A DNA stretch of 22,135 nt from an uncultured Aquificales bacterium (GTDB taxonomy: Bacteria > Thermosulfidibacterota > Thermosulfidibacteria > Thermosulfidibacterales > Thermosulfidibacteraceae). This document shows positions 1-8,022 of the stretch, piece by piece. A program made the position numbers and the translations under genes. How positions within the stretch are numbered: the first letter of the stretch is position 1; each line of letters begins with the position of its first letter. Location: assembly GCA_964411615.1 (NCBI GenBank), contig CAYPLO010000027.1:1-22135 (forward strand). The letters run 5' to 3'. Under the pieces are notes generated by a model, which was not told the origin of the DNA, did not search any database, and worked only from the letters and a program-made list of their open reading frames with translations.

Positions 1-41
1 TCCTCAAATCGCTTGTCCACTTGCTCAAACCTTTTGTCCAC
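1..41 (-). repeat. Imperfect 21-bp tandem repeat encoding VDKRFEQ/VDKRFE (at least 2 copies, truncated by window edge)
   Basis: Minus strand reads GTGGACAAAAGGTTTGAGCAA followed by GTGGACAAGCGATTTGAGGA. Confidence 0.7.
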
Positions 42-206
42 CGACTCCTTGAATTCTTGAAACTGGGCCTCAAGCACCGCCTGTCTTTTCTCTATCTCCA
101 AGAGTTTCTCGTAAATCATTTCTTGAGTAACCTTTGAAGTCTCTCTTGCGTAACATACGCCTACCGTAGCGCAGAGGAACGCTATCAGAAAAATAAAACC
201 CCTCAT
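1..206 (-). CDS. Secreted/membrane-targeted coiled-coil protein with VDKRFEQ heptad repeats (5' part only; runs off window start)
   Basis: Manual translation from ATG at 206: MRGFIFLIAFLCATVGVCYARETSKVTQEMIYEKLLEIEKRQAVLEAQFQEFKESVDKRFEQVDKRFE... Strong RBS (AAGGAGGAG) upstream, ATGA overlap with the amidohydrolase stop, signal-peptide-like N-terminus. Not in the ORF track because it is truncated. Confidence 0.85.
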   Translation of the reverse strand, partial: MRGFIFLIAFLCATVGVCYARETSKVTQEMIYEKLLEIEKRQAVLEAQFQEFKESVDKRFEQVDKRFE

Positions 207-1282
207 CTGGGCTCCTCCTTTACGTAGGAATTATAAACCGAATCTGCCTCAAAGAGAAGTCTGAAGCTCAGTTCGGCAGGATCCTGTGAGGGGGGTATGT
301 CCAGCACCAGGATGGTGTCGTCCCTGATGAGTCTTCTTGGGTTTGTGGTGAGCATGGCCAGTATCTCCTGGGGGGGGAGCTTCTCTATTAAGTAGAGGGT
401 TCGTGCCTCCTCCCACAGGTTGAGGTTGGGTGTTGAGCCTAAGCTGTCCGTGCCTATGAGCAGGTTTATTCCCCTTTCAAGCAGCTTCCTTACGGGAGCC
501 AGCCTGCCGCTCAGGTACAGGTTGCTCCTGGGGCAGATGCATACGGATGCACCGTGGCGGCCTATGGCTTCCATGTCCATATCGTCTATGAAGCAGCAGT
601 GGACCAGGATGGTTCTGGGACCGAGTATACCTGTCTCTTCAAGAATCTCAACGCTGCTTCTGTAGGTTCCTATGCTACGCCTCCTTCCCACAAGGGGGTA
701 TATCCTCTCCTCTATGAGGTTGGGCTTTCCCCGGAGGAACTTCGCCTCTTCCTCGCATTCTGCAACGTGGATTGAGATGAGTTTATCTCTGTAGGTTTCT
801 GCCACTTTTTTTAGCAGCTTCGGTGTTGTGCTGTAGACGGCGTGGGGACTCACCATGTATCCAGGGGGAAGCTGGGGAAGGGGTGTTTGGTCATCCCCCG
901 TTATCTCCAGAAAGGGGACAACCCCTTTGCCGATGCACGGATGCTTTGGGTCCCTCGTTATGTCAAAGGTGGTTGAGATGCCAAGTTTTTTAAGCTTTTC
1001 TATAGTCTTTTCCGCATCCTCCGCCACCCTTCTTGCCTTGGGGTAGTTTCGGATTATCTTCTCTATCCATGAGATGAAGGAGGTTGCGTATATGGGCTCT
1101 GTTATGTCCAAGTGCGCGTGGCAGTTTATGAGGGAGGGTATGGCCACCCCTTTATGGGTGAAGCCTTTGCCTTCCCCCTCTTGGAAGGATAACCCGTGGG
1201 GGGTTATCTTTATATGGGGGTTCTTGACCATGGTGTTGGGAGGGATAAAGAGCAGTCCCTCAACGTGGAGGCTCTTCTCCAT
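203..1282 (-). CDS. Metal-dependent amidohydrolase (cytosine/SAH/aminodeoxyfutalosine deaminase-like, COG0402 type)
   Basis: NCHAHLD (HxH), SPHAVYS, HVAE, LVHC, CPRSN and GTDS motifs. Start placed at ATG 1282 (AGGAG 6 nt upstream); the ORF track extends to 1306. Confidence 0.85.
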   Translation of the reverse strand: MEKSLHVEGLLFIPPNTMVKNPHIKITPHGLSFQEGEGKGFTHKGVAIPSLINCHAHLDITEPIYATSFISWIEKIIRNYPKARRVAEDAEKTIEKLKKLGISTTFDITRDPKHPCIGKGVVPFLEITGDDQTPLPQLPPGYMVSPHAVYSTTPKLLKKVAETYRDKLISIHVAECEEEAKFLRGKPNLIEERIYPLVGRRRSIGTYRSSVEILEETGILGPRTILVHCCFIDDMDMEAIGRHGASVCICPRSNLYLSGRLAPVRKLLERGINLLIGTDSLGSTPNLNLWEEARTLYLIEKLPPQEILAMLTTNPRRLIRDDTILVLDIPPSQDPAELSFRLLFEADSVYNSYVKEEPR

Positions 1283-1295
1283 GCCATACTCCTGT

Positions 1296-1324
1296 TTGAC
1301 ATACATTCTGCTCTAAAGTAAGTT
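1296..1324 (+). promoter_or_regulatory. Sigma70-type promoter for the clpC-bamA... operon
   Basis: TTGACA (1296-1301), 17-nt spacer, TAAGTT (1319-1324), followed by RBS AGGAGAGG and ATG at 1347. Confidence 0.75.
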
Positions 1325-1343
1325 ATCGGGTAGGAGAGGTAAA
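1315..1343 (-). promoter_or_regulatory. Possible weaker divergent sigma70 promoter for the amidohydrolase operon
   Basis: Minus strand TTTACC (1343-1338), 17-nt spacer, TACTTT (1320-1315). Confidence 0.35.
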
Positions 1344-1346
1344 GCC

Positions 1347-3779
1347 ATGTTTGAGAACTTCACGGAAAGGGCGAGGAAGGCGATAATAATAGCGAGGGGT
1401 GAGGCTGAAAGGTACCAGCACGATACCCTCACCACAGCCCATCTTTTGATGGGGATACTTAAGGAGGCCTCCGGCATGGGTGTTCTCGTGCTTGAGAGGC
1501 TGGGTGTGGATGTGGCCTACCTGAAGGAGGAGCTCCAGAGGCGCATGCCCTATGGCAGGAGGGGCTTCGTGGTGGGGGCCATTCCCTTTGCTCCCGATGC
1601 CAAGAAGGTGCTTGAGTACGCCCAGGAAGAGGCCGCCCTAATGGGGCAGGACTACGTGGGGACGGAGCATCTTCTCCTTGGTATAGTTCGGGAAAGGACG
1701 GGTATAGGCGGTAAGCTCCTTCGCAAGTACGGGGTGGATGTTCAGGATGTGAGGGATACCGTCAGGGAGCTGTCCGGTGAGGAGGGCTACGTCCGCAGAA
1801 AGGCCAGAAAGACTCCTGCCCTTGACGAGTTCGGTGTGGATTTGACCAGGCTGGCAAGGGAGGGGAAGCTTGACCCTGTTATAGGGAGGGAGAGGGAGAT
1901 AGAGAGGGTTATCCAGATTCTCTCCCGAAAGACAAAGAACAACCCTGTCCTCATAGGGGAGCCAGGGGTTGGTAAGACCGCCATAGTGGAGGGGCTCGCC
2001 CAGAGGATAGTGAATAGGGATGTTCCCGAGGGGCTCCTTGATATGCGGGTTATCGCCCTTGACCTTGGTGCTCTGGTTGCCGGGACCAAGTACAGGGGGC
2101 AGTTTGAATCAAGGATGAAGGCCATAATAAAGGAGGCCTCCCAGGGGGATGATATTATACTCTTCATAGATGAGCTGCACACCCTTGTGGGGGCCGGTGC
2201 CGCCGAAGGTTCCATAGATGCTGCCAATATGCTCAAGCCAGCCCTCGCAAGGGGGGAGATAAGGGTTATAGGGGCCACCACCCTGTCCGAGTACAGGAAG
2301 TATATAGAGAAGGACGGGGCCCTTGAGAGGCGTTTCCAGGTGGTTCTTGTGGAGCCCACAAGCAGGGAGGATACCTTAGAGATTCTGAGGGGCCTTAGGT
2401 CCAGGTACGAGGAGTATCATGGGGTTGTCATAACCGACGAGGCCATAGAGGCAGCTGTGAGGATGGCGGACAGGTACCTCTCGGACAAGTTCATGCCCGA
2501 TAAGGCCATAGACCTTCTGGATGAGGCCTGCTCCATGGTCCATGTGAGGGTCACCAAGGTTCCTCCCTACATAAGGGAGGTTGAGCTTGAGCTGGAGCAG
2601 ATTGAGGAGGAGAAGAAGAGGGCCATAGACGACAACGACTATCAGAGGGCCTCTACCCTGAGAACCAGGGAGGTTGAGGTTCGCCACAGGCTCAAGAGTT
2701 TGAGAAAGCAGTGGAAGGAGGAGAGGGGACAAGAACCTCCTGTTGTGACGGCTGAGGATGTGGCCATTGTCACCTCCCGTATAACTGGCATACCGCTGCA
2801 CAGGATAAACGTGGACGAGGAGAAGAGGCTCCTCATGCTGGAGGATGTGCTGAAGCGGCACATCGTCGGTCAGGATGAGGCCATAGAGCAGATAGCCAGG
2901 GCCATAAGAAGGGCTCGTGTTGGACTGAGCAATGCCAGAAAGCCCATAGGTGTCTTCTTCTTCCTGGGGCCCACGGGGGTTGGGAAGACCAGAACCGCAG
3001 AGGTTCTGGCGGAGCAGCTCTTCGGAAGCAGGGACGCCCTCATCAGGATAGATATGTCGGAGTATATGGAGAAGTTTAACGTCTCCAAGCTGATAGGGGC
3101 TCCTCCGGGCTATGTGGGCTACGAGGAGGGGGGACAGCTCACAGAGGCTGTGAGGCGCAGGCCCTACTCTGTGGTGCTCTTTGATGAGATGGAGAAGGCC
3201 CATCCCGATGTATTCAATATGCTTTTACAGATAATGGACAGCGGCAGGCTCACCGATGCCTTTGGAAGAACGGTGGACTTCAGGAACACCGTCATCATAA
3301 TGACCTCCAACGTGGGGGCCAAGCTCTTCTTCAAGGGTGTATCTCTGGGATTCGGGGATGAGACCTCCGGCTTTGAGGCTGTGAAGCAGGAGGTGCTCCA
3401 GCTGTTCAAGAGGAAGTTCCCCCCCGAGTTTGTGAACAGGCTTGACCATGTGGTGGTATTCAGGCCCTTGGGCGAGAGGGAGGTCACAGCCATTCTGGAT
3501 ATAATGATAGAGGAGCTGAGGGAGCCCCTTGCAGAGAAGGGGCTTGACATAGAGCTTACGCCCAAGGCCAAGAAGTGGCTTGTGGAGAGGGGCTATGAGC
3601 CCCAGTTCGGTGCAAGGCCCATGCGTAGGGTGATAGAGAGGTTCGTGGTTGACCCCATATCTGAGAGGATACTCAAGGGAGAATTCTCAGAGGGAGATGT
3701 GATAGTTGTTGACGCTAACAGGGGTTCTCTCGTCTTCAGGAAGAAGACTGTGGATTCCAAGGATAGGGTGGTGGTTTAG
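1347..3779 (+). CDS. clpC: ATP-dependent Clp protease ATP-binding subunit ClpC
   Basis: MFENFTERAR N-terminal Clp repeats; Walker A GEPGVGKT and GPTGVGKT; Walker B LFIDELH and VLFDEMEK; UVR-like middle coiled coil; LGF ClpP-docking loop; 810 aa. Confidence 0.95.
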   Translation: MFENFTERARKAIIIARGEAERYQHDTLTTAHLLMGILKEASGMGVLVLERLGVDVAYLKEELQRRMPYGRRGFVVGAIPFAPDAKKVLEYAQEEAALMGQDYVGTEHLLLGIVRERTGIGGKLLRKYGVDVQDVRDTVRELSGEEGYVRRKARKTPALDEFGVDLTRLAREGKLDPVIGREREIERVIQILSRKTKNNPVLIGEPGVGKTAIVEGLAQRIVNRDVPEGLLDMRVIALDLGALVAGTKYRGQFESRMKAIIKEASQGDDIILFIDELHTLVGAGAAEGSIDAANMLKPALARGEIRVIGATTLSEYRKYIEKDGALERRFQVVLVEPTSREDTLEILRGLRSRYEEYHGVVITDEAIEAAVRMADRYLSDKFMPDKAIDLLDEACSMVHVRVTKVPPYIREVELELEQIEEEKKRAIDDNDYQRASTLRTREVEVRHRLKSLRKQWKEERGQEPPVVTAEDVAIVTSRITGIPLHRINVDEEKRLLMLEDVLKRHIVGQDEAIEQIARAIRRARVGLSNARKPIGVFFFLGPTGVGKTRTAEVLAEQLFGSRDALIRIDMSEYMEKFNVSKLIGAPPGYVGYEEGGQLTEAVRRRPYSVVLFDEMEKAHPDVFNMLLQIMDSGRLTDAFGRTVDFRNTVIIMTSNVGAKLFFKGVSLGFGDETSGFEAVKQEVLQLFKRKFPPEFVNRLDHVVVFRPLGEREVTAILDIMIEELREPLAEKGLDIELTPKAKKWLVERGYEPQFGARPMRRVIERFVVDPISERILKGEFSEGDVIVVDANRGSLVFRKKTVDSKDRVVV

Positions 3780-6066
3780 TCTCATCCTTGTCCTTTTCGC
3801 CTTCGGGACTCTCTCGGCGGGAGAGTCCTCCTCTCCCGTTGTCCCCGTTAAGATTATAGAGATAAAGGGCAACAAAAGAATAGACAGAAATACCATACTC
3901 TTCAAGCTTGAGACCAGGGAGGGGGAACCCTTCTCCATCTACAAGATACGAAGGGACGTCAAGACCCTTTACGAGACCGGCTTCTTTGACGATGTGAAGG
4001 TGGACGTTGAGCCCTTTGAAGGTGGGGTCAAGGTCACCTACATCGTTAAGGAGAGGCCCGTTGTCACCCGCATCAGGATTGTGGGGAACAAGCACATAAA
4101 GAGCAGTGAGATAAGGAAGGAGCTCAAGCAGTTCCCCTTCAACATCTACAACGAGAAGATACTCAACGAGAACATCCAGAAGATAAAGCAGCTGTATCAG
4201 TCTAAAGGCTACTACAACGTTCAGGTTACCCCTGAGGTGAGGCCCAGGGGGGAGGGAAGGGTTGAGCTCACTTACAAGATAAAGGAGGGCAAGAAGGCAT
4301 CTGTGGCCCGTATAGAGTTCGTTGGCAATAAGTCCTTCTCCGATAGGGAACTGAAGAAGCAGATGGTCACCAAGGAGAAGACCCTGTTCAATATGGTCTA
4401 CGTCTTCATAAACGCCCTCTTCGGGAAGCCTGCCACCTACTACTACATACCGGACCTGCTTGAGGTGGACCTGATGAAGATAAGGCAGTTCTACAAGGAC
4501 CACGGTTTTCTCAGGGTTATGGTGGGGGACCCTGAGGTGAAGGTGGATAAGAGGAGAGGGAAGATATACATCCGCATCCCCATAGAGGAGGGCCCCCGAT
4601 ACAAGGTGAAGTCCGTTGATATAAAGATGGGCAAGGACGACCCCTTCAAGAAGAAAGAGCTTTTGAAGGTTCTTAAGCTGAAGCCGGGTGAGTATTACAA
4701 CGCCAAGAAGATGAGGGACGATGTCACCCATCTTACGGACCTCTATGGCTCCAAGGGCTATGTGAACGCCGATGTGAGGCCCCTTCTGGATACCGACGAT
4801 GTGAAGCACACCGTCTCTGTGGTCTACAGGATAGAGAAGGGCAAGAAGTACTACGTGGGAAGGATAGAGATTTCAGGGAACGTGAAGACCAGGGATAAGG
4901 TTATAAGAAGGGAGATTCCCCTGGCCGAAGGGGATGTGATGAACACCATGTTTCTGAAGTTTGCCAAGAAGAGGCTGGAGAGGCTGGGCTACTTCTCCAG
5001 CGTGAACATAGAGACGAAGCCCGCCCCGGAGCTGGGGGATAAGTACATGAATGTGTTTGTTAAGGTGGAGGAGCAGCCCACAGGCTCCCTCATGCTGGGT
5101 GGAGGTTACTCAACTGCAGAGTCCTTCGGTATTATGACCCAGCTGTCTGAGAAGAACCTCTTCGGAACGGGAAGGTCCATCTCTCTAAGTGGTGAGTTCA
5201 CCACCAAGAGGGTTGACTACACCTTGACCTATCACGACCCCTACTTCATGGATACCATATACTCCTTCACCTTATCCTCCCACCATGAGGTTTACGAGTA
5301 CGACCTCTACACCCAGAAGAGCTTTGGCCTCGCCTTCAGCTTTGGTAGACCTGTCTGGAACTGGTACACCAGGGTTTCGGCGGGCTACGCCTTTGACTAT
5401 GTGAGGATAACCGATGTTGACGATGATGCCCCGGACTTCATAAAGGACGAGGAGGACGACTCCAGGATATCCTCTGCGGTCATCTTCAGCATCTCCCAGG
5501 ACACGAGGAACAGCGCCGTTATGCCCACAGAGGGATTTTACAGGACCCTGTCCCTTAAGCTTGCGGGGCTCGGTGGAGACTACGCCTACTACAAGGTTTA
5601 CGGCAACTGGGAGAAGTTCATAAGCTGTGATAGGTTCTGGAAGGGCACCGTGTTCCATCCCAGGGTGAGGCTGGGCTTCGTCAATCCTCTTCCTTGGGGT
5701 GAGGGAAGGCCTGTGTTTGAGCGTTTCTATGTGGGAGGGCAGAGCACCGTTAGGGGATTTGATACCGATGAGGCGGGCCCCTCTGAGGATGGGGAGGCCA
5801 TAGGAGGAACCAAGGAGTTTATCCTGAACCTGGAGTACCTGTTCCCCATTGTGGGTGGTCTAAAGGGGCTTGTCTTCTACGATATGGGAGCGGCCTTTGA
5901 CAACGGCCAGATGATAAGCCCCGGTCCCATGAGGGAGGGTGTTGGATTTGGTCTGAGGTTCATCACCCCCTTCGGTCCTTTGAAGCTTGATATTGCCTGG
6001 AAGCTTGACAAGAGGAAGGATGAGGATGCCTATAAGATACACTTTGCCGTGGGAAGCATATTCTGA
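3706..6066 (+). CDS. bamA: Outer membrane protein assembly factor BamA (Omp85); start codon uncertain
   Basis: POTRA repeats (IEIKGNKRI, IRIVGNK, IEFVGNK, IEISGNVKTRDKVIRRE), VEEQPTG junction, conserved VRGF loop motif, TPFGPL, C-terminal Phe. The only in-frame canonical starts before the signal peptide are TTG at 3706/3709. Confidence 0.95.
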   Translation: MLTLTGVLSSSGRRLWIPRIGWWFSLILVLFAFGTLSAGESSSPVVPVKIIEIKGNKRIDRNTILFKLETREGEPFSIYKIRRDVKTLYETGFFDDVKVDVEPFEGGVKVTYIVKERPVVTRIRIVGNKHIKSSEIRKELKQFPFNIYNEKILNENIQKIKQLYQSKGYYNVQVTPEVRPRGEGRVELTYKIKEGKKASVARIEFVGNKSFSDRELKKQMVTKEKTLFNMVYVFINALFGKPATYYYIPDLLEVDLMKIRQFYKDHGFLRVMVGDPEVKVDKRRGKIYIRIPIEEGPRYKVKSVDIKMGKDDPFKKKELLKVLKLKPGEYYNAKKMRDDVTHLTDLYGSKGYVNADVRPLLDTDDVKHTVSVVYRIEKGKKYYVGRIEISGNVKTRDKVIRREIPLAEGDVMNTMFLKFAKKRLERLGYFSSVNIETKPAPELGDKYMNVFVKVEEQPTGSLMLGGGYSTAESFGIMTQLSEKNLFGTGRSISLSGEFTTKRVDYTLTYHDPYFMDTIYSFTLSSHHEVYEYDLYTQKSFGLAFSFGRPVWNWYTRVSAGYAFDYVRITDVDDDAPDFIKDEEDDSRISSAVIFSISQDTRNSAVMPTEGFYRTLSLKLAGLGGDYAYYKVYGNWEKFISCDRFWKGTVFHPRVRLGFVNPLPWGEGRPVFERFYVGGQSTVRGFDTDEAGPSEDGEAIGGTKEFILNLEYLFPIVGGLKGLVFYDMGAAFDNGQMISPGPMREGVGFGLRFITPFGPLKLDIAWKLDKRKDEDAYKIHFAVGSIF

Positions 6067-6079
6067 TGGGAGGTTTGGG

Positions 6080-6595
6080 ATGAGGAGGTTTCTTGTAGCT
6101 CTGGTTGCGGTCTTTGCCATGTGTAGTCTCTCCTATGCCGGAGTCAAGATAGGGGTGGTGAATGTGCAGAAGATAGTCTTCAACTGTAAGAGGGGCAAAC
6201 AGGCCAAGGCCCAGTGGGAGAAGGAGTTTGCCCAGAAGAAGAAGGAGATAGAGAAGAAGCAGAAGGAGATTGAGAGGCTCAGGGAGGAGCTCAAGAAGAA
6301 CGCGGCGGTCCTTTCGGAGAAAGCCAAGAAGAAGAAGGAGGAGGAGCTGAGGCGCAAGACCTTAGAGCTTCAGTTTGCCAAGCAGGAGGCCATGAAGTAC
6401 CTCCAGCAGAGGAACATGGAGCTTGTGGATGCCATACTCAAGGACGTTCTCAAGAAGATTGAGGAGTTTGGCAAGAAGAACGGATACACCCTTATAATAG
6501 ACGTTTCGGGAAAGGTGGTTTACAGGGACAAGAAGGTGGACCTCACCGATACTATGATAAAGCTCATGGACCAGGGGACTGCCAAGAAGAAGTGA
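6080..6595 (+). CDS. skp: Periplasmic chaperone Skp/OmpH
   Basis: Signal peptide [30 protein letters not shown], Lys/Glu-rich coiled coil, GYTLIID and DLTD motifs. RBS GGGAGG before ATG 6080. Lies between bamA and lpxD. Confidence 0.93.
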   Translation: MRRFLVALVAVFAMCSLSYAGVKIGVVNVQKIVFNCKRGKQAKAQWEKEFAQKKKEIEKKQKEIERLREELKKNAAVLSEKAKKKKEEELRRKTLELQFAKQEAMKYLQQRNMELVDAILKDVLKKIEEFGKKNGYTLIIDVSGKVVYRDKKVDLTDTMIKLMDQGTAKKK

Positions 6596-7584
6596 GAATG
6601 AGGCTGTCTGAGATAGCAGGTATCGTTGGGGGCCGCGTTGTGGGCCCCGACGTGGAGATAAGGGGAATCAAGGGTTACGAGGAGGCCGGTGAGGGGGAGA
6701 TAACCTTTGCCGTTGATGCCTCCCTGCTTTCCAGATGCTCCCGGGCTTCTGCGGTGATTGTGCCTGAGGGTGTTGAGCTACCAGAGACGGGCTCTTTTCT
6801 GGTTGTAAAAAATCCTTTGGAGGCCGCTGTGGTTGTGGCCTCCATCTTCTACAGGGAGGAGTTTGGGGAGGGGATATCCGACAGGGCGGTGATTTACCCC
6901 GATGTGAAGATGGGTAGAGGTGTGGTTGTAAGGGAATTCGCCGTTGTGGAGTCCGGTGCCGTTCTCGGTGATAACGTTGTGGTTATGCCCTACGTCTTTG
7001 TGGGAAGAGGTGCGATAATTGGTGATGGCACCGTTCTCTTCCCGGGGGTGGTAATCTATCCGGGGATGGTGATAGGCAGAAACTGCAGGGTTCACGCAGG
7101 TGCCGTTATAGGTGCCGATGGCTTCGGCTACTTTGAGAGGGAGGGGAAGAGGGTGAAGATACCCCAGATAGGAAGGGTTGTTCTGGGGGATGATGTTGAG
7201 ATAGGCGCCAACACCTGTGTGGACAGGGCCACTTTTGGGGAGACCGTTGTGGGAGAAGGGACCAAGATAGATAACCTGGTTCAGATAGGCCACAACACCA
7301 AGATAGGAAAGCACTGTGCCTTTGCCGGGCAGGTTGGGGTATCGGGTAGCGTGAGGGTAGGTGACAGGGTGCTTATGGGTGGTCAGGTGGGTATAGCGGA
7401 CCACGCCGTCATAGGGAGTGACGTGAAGATTGCGGCAAAGGCCGGTGTCTTTGGTAGGGTTGCCGATGGGGAGACCATCATAGGTGCCCCGGCCATGCCT
7501 GCTGCCAAGTGGAAGAGGATACAGGCCATCATAAACAGGCTTCCGGAGATGTATAAGCTGTTCAAAAAGCTGGCCAAGGGGTAA
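6592..7584 (+). CDS. lpxD: UDP-3-O-(3-hydroxyacyl)glucosamine N-acyltransferase LpxD
   Basis: Hexapeptide repeats; [27 protein letters not shown] and [12 protein letters not shown] motifs. Confidence 0.96.
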   Translation: MRMRLSEIAGIVGGRVVGPDVEIRGIKGYEEAGEGEITFAVDASLLSRCSRASAVIVPEGVELPETGSFLVVKNPLEAAVVVASIFYREEFGEGISDRAVIYPDVKMGRGVVVREFAVVESGAVLGDNVVVMPYVFVGRGAIIGDGTVLFPGVVIYPGMVIGRNCRVHAGAVIGADGFGYFEREGKRVKIPQIGRVVLGDDVEIGANTCVDRATFGETVVGEGTKIDNLVQIGHNTKIGKHCAFAGQVGVSGSVRVGDRVLMGGQVGIADHAVIGSDVKIAAKAGVFGRVADGETIIGAPAMPAAKWKRIQAIINRLPEMYKLFKKLAKG

Positions 7585-7587
7585 GGG

Positions 7588-8022
7588 ATGTGGGATGTGA
7601 GAAAGATTATGGAGCTTCTGCCCCACAGGTACCCCTTCCTTCTGGTGGACAGGGTCCTTGAGCTCAAGGAGGGGGAGTATGTGAAGGCCCTGAAGAATGT
7701 GACCATCAGCGAACCCTTCTTTTCCGGCCATTTCCCCGGGGACCCGGTGATGCCGGGGGTGCTGATAATAGAGGCCCTTGCCCAGGCAGGTGCCCTTATA
7801 GCCCTGCCAACCGTTGCCGGGGAGGGAGACTACATAGTCTACTTCGGAGGCATAGAGAAGGCACGGTTCAAGAGGATTGTCAGGCCGGGGGACCAGCTCA
7901 TCCTTGAGGGCAAGACTATAAGGAGAAAGGGGCCCGTCTGGAAGATGGAGGGCAGGGCCACCGTTGATGGGGAAGTGGCGGCTGAGGCTGTTCTTCAGGC
8001 CTTTCTCACGGAGAGGAGATGA
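7588..8022 (+). CDS. fabZ: 3-hydroxyacyl-ACP dehydratase FabZ
   Basis: [34 protein letters not shown] and VRPGDQL motifs. Confidence 0.97.
   Translation: MWDVRKIMELLPHRYPFLLVDRVLELKEGEYVKALKNVTISEPFFSGHFPGDPVMPGVLIIEALAQAGALIALPTVAGEGDYIVYFGGIEKARFKRIVRPGDQLILEGKTIRRKGPVWKMEGRATVDGEVAAEAVLQAFLTERR

Noticed and set aside
370..377. G8 homopolymer in the amidohydrolase as a phase-variation tract
   Set aside because: Short, in frame (encodes LPPQ), and G runs are common throughout this sequence.
5987..6079. N-terminal extension of Skp in the ORF track
   Set aside because: Mostly lies within bamA; the RBS and signal peptide begin at ATG 6080.
6225..6350. AAG/GAG-rich low-complexity stretch as a repeat element
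   Set aside because: Explained by Lys/Glu codons of the Skp coiled coil.
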